DNA from: Patescibacteria group bacterium UBA2773
Lineage (GTDB): Bacteria > Patescibacteriota > Minisyncoccia > Moranbacterales > DUUL01
Reading direction: 5' to 3'
NCBI GenBank assembly: GCA_002352465.1
Contig: DEIN01000012.1
Span: forward strand, 17,484-81,483
DNA length: 64,000 nucleotides
Shown: piece after piece, positions 48,224 to 55,763 of the stretch
How positions within the stretch are numbered: position 1 is the stretch's first letter
Layout of the letters: every line of letters begins with the position of its first letter
Notes under the pieces: generated by a model
The model's database searches: none
The model's input: the letters and a program-made list of their open reading frames with translations, nothing else
Told to the model about the DNA's origin: nothing
Position numbers and translations under genes: made by a program

Positions 48224-49429
48224 TTGATGCATAATCATTTTCAACACCATAAATATTTTAAAAAGAAAATTCCTCAAGGATTGAAGGCTTTGTTTGTTAA
48301 TTATGTAATTATTGATTTAGCCGCCAGTTTATTCACAATGTTTTTGCCGATTTTTTTGTTCGAATTTTTCAATAAAAATATTCAGGCTGTTTTTTGTTAT
48401 TATTTATTGGTTTATTTATTAACCCTTTTAATTATTATTTTTTGGTCTCGTAAATTAAATAAATTTGGATTTAGGAGGGCTTTAAAAATCAGCATTTTTA
48501 TTTCAGTTTTGTTTTATCTTGGTTTTTATTATTTAAATCAAGATAATTTATTTTATATAATTCCCGTCTCGATTATTTTATTTGCATTGAGAAATTTTTT
48601 GTATTGGATTCCTTTTAATGTTGATTTTGCTAAATTTGCTGATGATCAAGATCGAGGTAAGACCATGGGCTTATTGGAAATTGTTTTGAGTATCACTGGG
48701 ACAATTGCTCCTTTAGTTGCTGGTTTTATAATTGGAAAACTAGGTTTTAATTTTTTATTTTTGTTAGGTGCAATAATTTTTGTGATGTCTTTCATTCCTT
48801 TGTTTAAATTGCCAAGAACTAAAGAAAAATTTTCTTGGAGCGTTTCAAAAACTATCAGAAAAATTTTTGATAAAAAAAACAAAACAGCCGCTTTAACCTT
48901 TTTTTCTGAAGGGGCCGAAGGTGTTATTTTTGTAGTAGTTTGGCCAATTTTTGTTTTTCAAATTTTAAAGGGGAATTATTTGGAAGTTGGTTTTATTTCA
49001 ACCGTAACAGTTTTAATTGTTATTATTGCTCAATTTTTTGTTGGTAAGAAATCTGATGGAAGTGCAAAAAGCAAAAAGAATTTAGTGAAATATGGGGGTT
49101 TCTCTTATGCATTGGCTTGGTTTTTGAAAGCCTTTATCTTAACGGCTTTACATATTTTTGTGATTGATATTTTTCACAAATTAACTCAAATTTTTTATAA
49201 AATTCCGCTTAATACTTTGATTTTTGAAAAAGCGGCGAAACAAAAACACTTAATTGATGAGTTTACGGTTTTTCGAGAAATTTGTTTAAATGCTGGTAAA
49301 ATAGTAATGTTGTTGGCGATTTTAGGATGCTCTTTTTATTTGTCTTTGAATTGGTTATTTATTTTTGGTGCCTTATTTTCTTTGTTTGAGGTTTTTTGTC
49401 ATCGCAATTTCTATTGTTCATTACGGTAA
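48224..49429 (+). CDS. Paralog of the preceding MFS-like membrane protein (tandem duplicate)
   Basis: 401 aa; collinear similarity with 46981..48198 (e.g. FLYWIPYNIDFAKFT.KKDRGKG vs FLYWIPFNVDFAKFADDQDRGKT; KLPQTKERFSW vs KLPRTKEKFSW). Confidence 0.4.
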   Translation: MMHNHFQHHKYFKKKIPQGLKALFVNYVIIDLAASLFTMFLPIFLFEFFNKNIQAVFCYYLLVYLLTLLIIIFWSRKLNKFGFRRALKISIFISVLFYLGFYYLNQDNLFYIIPVSIILFALRNFLYWIPFNVDFAKFADDQDRGKTMGLLEIVLSITGTIAPLVAGFIIGKLGFNFLFLLGAIIFVMSFIPLFKLPRTKEKFSWSVSKTIRKIFDKKNKTAALTFFSEGAEGVIFVVVWPIFVFQILKGNYLEVGFISTVTVLIVIIAQFFVGKKSDGSAKSKKNLVKYGGFSYALAWFLKAFILTALHIFVIDIFHKLTQIFYKIPLNTLIFEKAAKQKHLIDEFTVFREICLNAGKIVMLLAILGCSFYLSLNWLFIFGALFSLFEVFCHRNFYCSLR

Positions 49430-49459
49430 ATAAAAATTAAATTTAAAGATTATTTTTTA

Positions 49460-49489
49460 AAACAAAGTTTTCAAACTTTGTTTTTTTTA
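49460..49489 (+). terminator. Intrinsic terminator after the MFS-like gene pair
   Basis: AAACAAAGTTT...AAACTTTGTTT inverted repeat followed by T8. Confidence 0.65.
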
Positions 49490-49523
49490 TGTTAAACTTC
49501 TTATAATTAATAATTTTAAAGAT

Positions 49524-50699
49524 ATGCAACCTTTAGCTGATTTAGTGCGACCAATTAATTTTGATGAATTTGTTGGTCAAGAAAAAATAGTTGGTTCGGG
49601 CAGTTTTTTGCGTCGAATGATTGAAAATGAGAATTTATCCTCGATGATTTTTTGGGGTCCGCCAGGAACGGGAAAAACCACTTTAGCTGGAATTATTGCT
49701 AAGCAAACCAAGGCTGAATTTATTAAACTTAGTGCTGTTAGTAGTGGAAAAAAGGATTTGTTAGCGGTAATTAAAACTGCGCAGGGAAATTCAATTTGGA
49801 AGAAAAAAACTATTTTATTTTTAGATGAAATTCATCGTTGGAATAAGGTTCAACAAGATGCTCTGCTTCCTTATGTGGAAAATGGGCAGCTTGTTTTAAT
49901 TGGAGCAACGACTGAAAATCCTAGTTTTGAGGTTAATTCGGCTTTGATTTCTCGAACCCGAGTATTGGTTTTAGATAAATTAACTGAGCAAAATTTAGAA
50001 AAAATTCTCAAACAAGCCTTAAAAAAAGTTTTAATAAAAAAAGAAGTTCAGGTTAAACCAGAAATTATTAAAATAATTGCTGAACTTTCCAATGGAGATG
50101 CTCGAATGGCCTTGAATACCTTGGAAATTAGTTTAAATCAAAATAAAAAAATAACCCCAAAGTTAATTAGAGAAATTTTGCAAAAATCGCATTTGTATTA
50201 TGATAAAAAAGGAGAAGATCACTATAATATTATTTCTGCTTTACATAAATCGATGCGAGGAGGCGATGCTCATGCGGCGGTTTATTGGCTAGTGCGAATG
50301 TTGGAAGGAGGAGAAGATCCGCTTTATATTGCTAGACGGTTGGTGCGATTTGCTTCAGAAGACGTCGGATTAGCGGATAATCACGCTTTGGTTTTGACTA
50401 ATACCGTTTTTGAAGCTTGCCATAAAATTGGAATGCCAGAGTGTGGTGTTAGCTTAACTCAATGTGTTATCTACTTAGCTAAAACCAAAAAGAGCATTTT
50501 GGCTTATGAAGCCTATAATCAAGCTCAGCAAGATGTTAAAAAATTTGGTAATCTTCCGGTTCCCTTGGCTATTCGCAACGCTCCGACTAAATTAATGAAA
50601 GATTTGGGCTATGGAAAAAATTATCAGTATACTCCTAAAGAAGATAGTTCCAGCCAGCAATATTTGCCGGATCAACTTAAGAATAAAAAATACTTTTAA
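49524..50699 (+). CDS. rarA: Replication-associated recombination protein A (AAA+ ATPase RarA/MgsA)
   Basis: FVGQEKIVG...WGPPGTGKTTLA Walker A, LFLDEIHRWNK Walker B/sensor, and C-terminal MgsA helical domain. Confidence 0.9.
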   Translation: MQPLADLVRPINFDEFVGQEKIVGSGSFLRRMIENENLSSMIFWGPPGTGKTTLAGIIAKQTKAEFIKLSAVSSGKKDLLAVIKTAQGNSIWKKKTILFLDEIHRWNKVQQDALLPYVENGQLVLIGATTENPSFEVNSALISRTRVLVLDKLTEQNLEKILKQALKKVLIKKEVQVKPEIIKIIAELSNGDARMALNTLEISLNQNKKITPKLIREILQKSHLYYDKKGEDHYNIISALHKSMRGGDAHAAVYWLVRMLEGGEDPLYIARRLVRFASEDVGLADNHALVLTNTVFEACHKIGMPECGVSLTQCVIYLAKTKKSILAYEAYNQAQQDVKKFGNLPVPLAIRNAPTKLMKDLGYGKNYQYTPKEDSSSQQYLPDQLKNKKYF

Positions 50700-50719
50700 A
50701 AATACTTTTATAAAAAGTT

Positions 50720-50755
50720 AAAGAGGCCTTACAGATTAATCCGTAAGGCCTCTTT
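50720..50755. terminator. Bidirectional intrinsic terminator between convergent rarA and the 50771..51946 gene
   Basis: AAAGAGGCCTTAC-(10-nt loop)-GTAAGGCCTCTTT perfect 13-bp stem flanked by A/T runs. Confidence 0.7.
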
Positions 50756-50770
50756 TGATTAGAAAATTTT

Positions 50771-51946
50771 CTAATCTTTTTTATATACTTTTACTTTAGA
50801 AGCCTTGATTGTTCGGATGATATTATCCGGATTAGGGCTAATAGCAAAGCTCTCTAGTCGACTGGCGCCTTCATTTTGAAAGTAAAGTCGTGGGTTTAAA
50901 AAACGGATTTGAGCTAAATCGGTTTTTTTGATGCCGACAGATGCTCCGAAGCCGCCTCCGACAAAAAGACTGTCTTTCCCCCAGGATTTTCCGGTTTCTA
51001 AATTTAGTTCTGGTGTCACTCGCACTCCAGAAACATTTAGATCATAAAGACCAGTTTTTCCTCGAACACTCAAGGTGCTCTCATCATATTCCTCGGCTCC
51101 TCCCGAAGTTTTAGCACTCAGCTGATGTTGATATTCAGCTGAAATGTTTTGAATTGGAAGAACTTTTTCGCCTCGAGCTCGTCGTTGTTCATTTTCATAG
51201 TTGGCTCGAGCGTGAAGACTCAAGGTTTTTTGACCCTTGGGACTTCCTCCTTGACTAGTGGTCTGTTTAGAAACTCCCAGGCCGAGTCCTGTTGTTTGGT
51301 CATTCTTGAATTTTTCAGTAGCTAAGCCTCCTTCAAAGCGATGATATTTATAAGTCGCTTGATAACCGGGTTTTTTCATTCTTCCTTTTCCGGCATTGCC
51401 ACGGAGTTCTAGGCCAATTTTCCAATCTTGAACTTTCCAGGGGAAAACAGAAACCATCCCATTCCAGTTGTAGCCTTTCCATTTAGTTTTGTCTTTTTTT
51501 CCAGCATTTAAGTCTCTGTCTTGAGAATAACCCAAATTGCCGCTCCAATCTTTTATCCCTTTTTTAAAATCAGTTTTAATAAAAGATCGGTTAGTCTTTT
51601 TAGGTGAGTCCCTTGTTTTTCTTTGCTCGGTTGGCGAAGTTGAAACTGCTACTATCAAAGGAGCAGTTTTTGCCGAAACTTTACTAGTAATTTGCGTCGG
51701 AAGATATAAAGTATCTCCGACTGAAATCCTAGTTTTATTCGTTACTTTTTGCATCTTTCCTTTTTCTAGTTTGTACCACTTTAGGCAATTCCTCCAATTG
51801 CCAGTGGTTCTGTAAGCTAAATTTAAAGCATAGCCAGATTTCTTAACCTGAAAAGGCTCATAACCATTTGGAATCGAAATTTGTCTAGCTTCAACATTAG
51901 AAAAAAACAATAAGACAAAACTTGTTACTATTAGTAATTTTTTCAT
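50771..51946 (-). CDS. Secreted Gly/Lys-rich beta-rich protein (hypothetical)
   Basis: N-terminal signal peptide; alternating-polarity stretches suggest beta structure; no family recognised. Confidence 0.35.
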   Translation of the reverse strand: MKKLLIVTSFVLLFFSNVEARQISIPNGYEPFQVKKSGYALNLAYRTTGNWRNCLKWYKLEKGKMQKVTNKTRISVGDTLYLPTQITSKVSAKTAPLIVAVSTSPTEQRKTRDSPKKTNRSFIKTDFKKGIKDWSGNLGYSQDRDLNAGKKDKTKWKGYNWNGMVSVFPWKVQDWKIGLELRGNAGKGRMKKPGYQATYKYHRFEGGLATEKFKNDQTTGLGLGVSKQTTSQGGSPKGQKTLSLHARANYENEQRRARGEKVLPIQNISAEYQHQLSAKTSGGAEEYDESTLSVRGKTGLYDLNVSGVRVTPELNLETGKSWGKDSLFVGGGFGASVGIKKTDLAQIRFLNPRLYFQNEGASRLESFAISPNPDNIIRTIKASKVKVYKKD

Positions 51947-51955
51947 AACTACCCC

Positions 51956-52918
51956 CTATTTTTTTTGATTAAATTGTTCAACTAAAAATTCAAATTGAGC
52001 TGAGAGCTCTTTTCGAGTGATGGTTGAATTGGCGGAGTTGGCTTTATAAACTGGGTCAGCTGTTAGTTCTTGAATCCCGTGATTTAAAATAGTTGAAATT
52101 CCAGCAAACACCAAAACTTCAACGCTAGTGGCAACTGGAATATATAATCTTTCCATAATACGTTGCCACCCATTTAGGTGTGGATTAGTTCTAACTAATT
52201 CTTGAATACGTTCTTTACTAGCAGAGCTTCCAACAATTTTGCCACTAGCTAGCGTGAAGCTATTTCCTAGGCTGGCCTGGAAATCTTTTTCAAAAAGATC
52301 CCATTCTGGAGAATCAATTTTAATCTCGCCAAGCGAAATTTTTTCAATCAATCCTAGTTTTAACCAAGCCTGAAAAATTTCCTCTAAATTCATTCCGAAT
52401 TCTTGAAAAACTGCTGTTCGGTAATCCAAGTCTTTTTCTAGTCGTTGGGAATCGTAGCCTTCTTTTTGTGGATAAGACCTTCCCATTGGAGAAAAAAGCC
52501 AGATCATTCCATCTCGATTAGCCAGAAGAAAGCGGTGATATTTAAGGTCTTCTAATTTTCCTAAAGAAACTGTCTCTAGCAGAGGAAGTCCCCAAGGAGT
52601 TTTTTCATAAGAGCCTTTCTTAAAATAGGCAAAGTCCTCCTGAATTTTTCTTGTTGGGTCTCGCTGGTCAACTGAGATTACTTTCCAAGTGCCATTAAAA
52701 CCTATCCCGACGCATTCTACTAAGAGTTTGGGCGGGAAGATTAAAGGAAAAATAACTATAGTGTTTCCATCTTTTCGGATTTGATCTGGATGAGGAGCAG
52801 AAACGCTATTCTCCAGTTCTGTAATCCCAAACTTGGGTACTTTAGTCGCACAGCCTGTTAAAACAAATAAACTTAGAAAGGTTATTAAAACCAATCGAAA
52901 AAAAGTTTTTGGGTTCAT
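51956..52918 (-). CDS. Lipoprotein (hypothetical)
   Basis: Signal peptide with lipobox LTGC. Confidence 0.5.
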   Translation of the reverse strand: MNPKTFFRLVLITFLSLFVLTGCATKVPKFGITELENSVSAPHPDQIRKDGNTIVIFPLIFPPKLLVECVGIGFNGTWKVISVDQRDPTRKIQEDFAYFKKGSYEKTPWGLPLLETVSLGKLEDLKYHRFLLANRDGMIWLFSPMGRSYPQKEGYDSQRLEKDLDYRTAVFQEFGMNLEEIFQAWLKLGLIEKISLGEIKIDSPEWDLFEKDFQASLGNSFTLASGKIVGSSASKERIQELVRTNPHLNGWQRIMERLYIPVATSVEVLVFAGISTILNHGIQELTADPVYKANSANSTITRKELSAQFEFLVEQFNQKK

Positions 52919-53176
52919 AATAACCCTCCTTTATTCATAAAATTTTCAAAGAACCAAATGGCTCTTTAGTATTTAGTTAGCCAAATCAGAATCTTTCTAA
53001 AAACTTAGTTTTTAAAAAGACCTCTTAAATTAACACTTTTTATTAAATTTGTCAAGCGTTTGTAGGTTGAAAAACGTAGACTAGAGTTTGATTTTTAAAA
53101 AATAGTTAATTTAAAATAAAAAACGCTTTCTGCGTAGAGAAAACGTTTTTTTAATTTAATTTTTTTTAAAAGAATT

Positions 53177-53413
53177 TTATAGATTATCTAAATCTTTCAT
53201 GGCGGTGTCGATGTCGTCTAGAAGTTCATCGGGAGAGCTGTAGGAGTCTAAACTATCAACGGAAGTTTCGATTTCAAGTGGAAGTTCGGGCGGAATAGCC
53301 GCATTTTTAGGGATATCATTAATAGGACTCGGTGGGCGCTCAACTGGTTTATTGCAACCAGAAAAAGCGAGAATTCCTAAGATAGCGAAACTTAAAAAGG
53401 TTATTTTTTTCAT
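53177..53413 (-). CDS. Small acidic lipoprotein (hypothetical)
   Basis: 78 aa; lipobox FSGC. Confidence 0.4.
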   Translation of the reverse strand: MKKITFLSFAILGILAFSGCNKPVERPPSPINDIPKNAAIPPELPLEIETSVDSLDSYSSPDELLDDIDTAMKDLDNL

Positions 53414-53438
53414 CAGATTTATTTTAAATTTTTATAAA

Positions 53439-54011
53439 TTATTCAGTTAAATCAGGTCGAGCTTCTAGAATAGCGACTTTTATTGCCGGTCGCAAAGTGT
53501 TGTGGTAATAATCTCGAAGATCTTTAACGACTGTTTTGAGATCTTCCCGTTCTTCTTTTATTAGTTCTGCTTCTTCTGCGTCATAGGCAGCGTCTAAAGA
53601 AGAAGCGACTTTTTCAACTAGATCATTTTTAACCTTTAATTCAGTTAAATAGGTCTCTATATTTGAAGTGTCAATCCCAGCTTTTTCTAATTTAACGGTG
53701 ATGTTTTCGATTTTAGTGGTCACTCCAGTGGCAATTTTTTGAAAACGTTCTTGTCGTCTTGCTCGCATCTCAGTTCGTTTTTGTTGCATTTCCTCTTTTT
53801 TTTCCTCAATTCGTTCTTTGTTCGCGGTTCTTTTAGCATCCATCGTTTCTTTTTTTTCAGTAATGTTTTTTTGCCTTTCTGCTGTTTTGGTTTGGATAGC
53901 CGTTCGATTAGCAGTTCTTTCCTCAGTTGTTAGTGCTTGGGCCGATTGCCAAAGGCCAACTAATCCTAAAATCCCCATCACCATCAAAGCAATTTTTTGA
54001 TTTTGTTTCAT
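53439..54011 (-). CDS. Secreted helical repeat protein (hypothetical)
   Basis: Signal peptide; repeated K/E/R/T-rich helical heptads (TANRTAIQTKTAERQKN...). Confidence 0.4.
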   Translation of the reverse strand: MKQNQKIALMVMGILGLVGLWQSAQALTTEERTANRTAIQTKTAERQKNITEKKETMDAKRTANKERIEEKKEEMQQKRTEMRARRQERFQKIATGVTTKIENITVKLEKAGIDTSNIETYLTELKVKNDLVEKVASSLDAAYDAEEAELIKEEREDLKTVVKDLRDYYHNTLRPAIKVAILEARPDLTE

Positions 54012-54111
54012 TTTTTATTTTAAATAATTAAAATCTATTATTACTATATCATATATACGGATAATAAAAATGAAATTTGCAAAAATTTAAAATAAAGTTA
54101 TTAATAAATTT

Positions 54112-54387
54112 TTATTTGGTTATTTTTATGGCGGAGCCTTTGATTAAAGCTAGTGTGATTTTTTGGTAGGCAGAAGCTAGAATTCGTTGAAAAGTGCTTT
54201 GAGAAGTTTTCATTAGTTGAGCAGCTTGATTTTGATTTAGATTTTTTAGATTTTTTAAACGAAGAGCTTCTAGTTCTTCGGTGGTGATTTCAACTTCTTT
54301 TAAAAGACACAAAGGTACTCCTTGGGGTTTAAAATAAGTGATTCCAGGTTTAAAATTGATTTCTCGAAATAGTTTGGGTCTAGACAT
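54112..54387 (-). CDS. DUF134/UPF0251-family predicted DNA-binding protein (sigma-70 region-4-like HTH)
   Basis: MSRPK..R.I.FKPGITYFKPQG.PL..L.EV..T.EELEALRLK.L..L.Q..AA..M..SQSTF.RIL..A..K...AL..G.AI.I matches the family pattern as recalled. Confidence 0.6.
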   Translation of the reverse strand: MSRPKLFREINFKPGITYFKPQGVPLCLLKEVEITTEELEALRLKNLKNLNQNQAAQLMKTSQSTFQRILASAYQKITLALIKGSAIKITK

Positions 54388-54455
54388 AATAAAACAATTA
54401 AAGGGTTTTTTAAAAAAATGTAAATCCCGCTTTTAAACGGGATTTACTGACAAAA

Positions 54456-54644
54456 TTATTTGGAATTAATCCTTTGAAGACGATTGCCTGCAGAAGTATT
54501 TCTTCGATTTTGTCCAAGACCTCGTCTTGGAGGATTGTTTTTAGCTGTTTCTTCGGTGTTAGCTTTATTTCCATTACATTTACCTAATACTCTGCCTGTT
54601 TTTGGACCTTTTCCTCTTGGTCCTGTTCGGTCTAAGTTTGGCAT
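54456..54644 (-). CDS. DUF5320-like small basic Gly/Pro/Arg-rich protein
   Basis: N-terminus MPNLDRTGPRGKGPKTGRVLGKC resembles the MPR.DGTGP.G.GP.TGRG.G.C signature of DUF5320. Confidence 0.45.
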   Translation of the reverse strand: MPNLDRTGPRGKGPKTGRVLGKCNGNKANTEETAKNNPPRRGLGQNRRNTSAGNRLQRINSK

Positions 54645-54705
54645 AAATTTAAATTAATAATTAATTCTATTATAAGTATATACCCAAAACAATAATAAGT
54701 CAAGA

Positions 54706-55200
54706 CTATTTTGATTTAAATTTAAAATTGATTATAAAAAAGAAAAAACCCAGACTAATAAAAGTGTCAGCTAGGTTAAAAATGGGAAAATTCCAAATTG
54801 AAATATAATCAATAACGCAACCAATTAGTAATCGATCAATCAGGTTAGATAAAGTTCCGGCCAAAACTAACAATAAAAAAAAGTTTTTAAATCTATAGAT
54901 TAAGAAAAACAAAATTATCAAAGAGCATAACCAACCAAACCAAAAAAGAATAGGATTAATAGTTAAGCTCAAAGATAGATTGGGATTGCAGATGGTATTT
55001 AAAAAAATTTTCCAATTAGGCAGATTTTTTTGAGAAGCTAGATATTTAAAAAATTGATCTAAGGCAATAAGTAGACCAATTAAAACAATACTAAAACTTG
55101 TTTTATTGGCATTCCACGCAGTTTTGAGCAGCTGGATAAATTTCCAAACGCTTGATGGGAATATCTTTTTTACATTTTTCACATTTTCCGTAGGAACCAT
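54706..55200 (-). CDS. lspA: Lipoprotein signal peptidase II
   Basis: NLIDR...GCVIDY and FNLAD motifs and 4 TM helices; the annotated ATG start overlaps the upstream DksA-like ORF by about 98 bp (a GTG at about 55182 would still overlap by about 80 bp), so the true start is uncertain. Confidence 0.75.
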   Translation of the reverse strand: MVPTENVKNVKKIFPSSVWKFIQLLKTAWNANKTSFSIVLIGLLIALDQFFKYLASQKNLPNWKIFLNTICNPNLSLSLTINPILFWFGWLCSLIILFFLIYRFKNFFLLLVLAGTLSNLIDRLLIGCVIDYISIWNFPIFNLADTFISLGFFFFIINFKFKSK

Positions 55201-55444
55201 TTTCTATTTTTTTAAGAGCTAAGACTATTTTTTCTAATTCCGTTTCTAGTGATTCGGTGATGCCAAGGCTGGCGGTGTAGTTTTCAACTTCACTGGCATT
55301 GTCCTCTCGTTCTCGGCCATAATCTTCAAATTCTGTTTTGTAATCACCTTCAGCGTCTTGGCTGGCGATTTTTCTTAGTTCCATTTCAATCCGATTTTTT
55401 TCTTCGATTAATTTTTCTTTGAAAAAGTCTAAATTTTTTAACAT
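55103..55444 (-). CDS. DksA/TraR-family C4 zinc-finger protein
   Basis: Coiled-coil N-terminus and C-terminal CEKC...(17 aa)...CVEC zinc finger. Confidence 0.65.
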   Translation of the reverse strand: MLKNLDFFKEKLIEEKNRIEMELRKIASQDAEGDYKTEFEDYGREREDNASEVENYTASLGITESLETELEKIVLALKKIENGSYGKCEKCKKDIPIKRLEIYPAAQNCVECQ

Positions 55445-55763
55445 TTTGTGAATTTTATTTTTTTAAATAATCTTTTTAATAATAAAATTTTAACACATTT
55501 AAACAGAGCAGGTCAATTCATCTTGTTTACAAAATCTAAGTTTTGGTTTAAAATAGAGTTATTAAAATTATTTAAAAACTTTGATGAGGTTATCACCTCG
55601 GAGTTGCGAAAAGAAAGCTTGAATTTCAAGTGATTAGAATTTGTCGGATTGATCCGTAAAAATCAATAATGAAGAACTGTTTATTTGAACAGTCAAAATG
55701 AGGTGGTACCACGGCAAGCGTCGTCCTTAATGAAATTATTTTAAGTAATTTCCATTAGATCGC

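Noticed and set aside
50771-51946. Outer-membrane porin/beta-barrel annotation for the Gly/Lys-rich secreted protein
   Set aside because: There is no C-terminal aromatic (Phe/Trp) terminal residue typical of OMPs, and the rest of the gene content suggests a monoderm envelope. Evidence is insufficient without a predictor.
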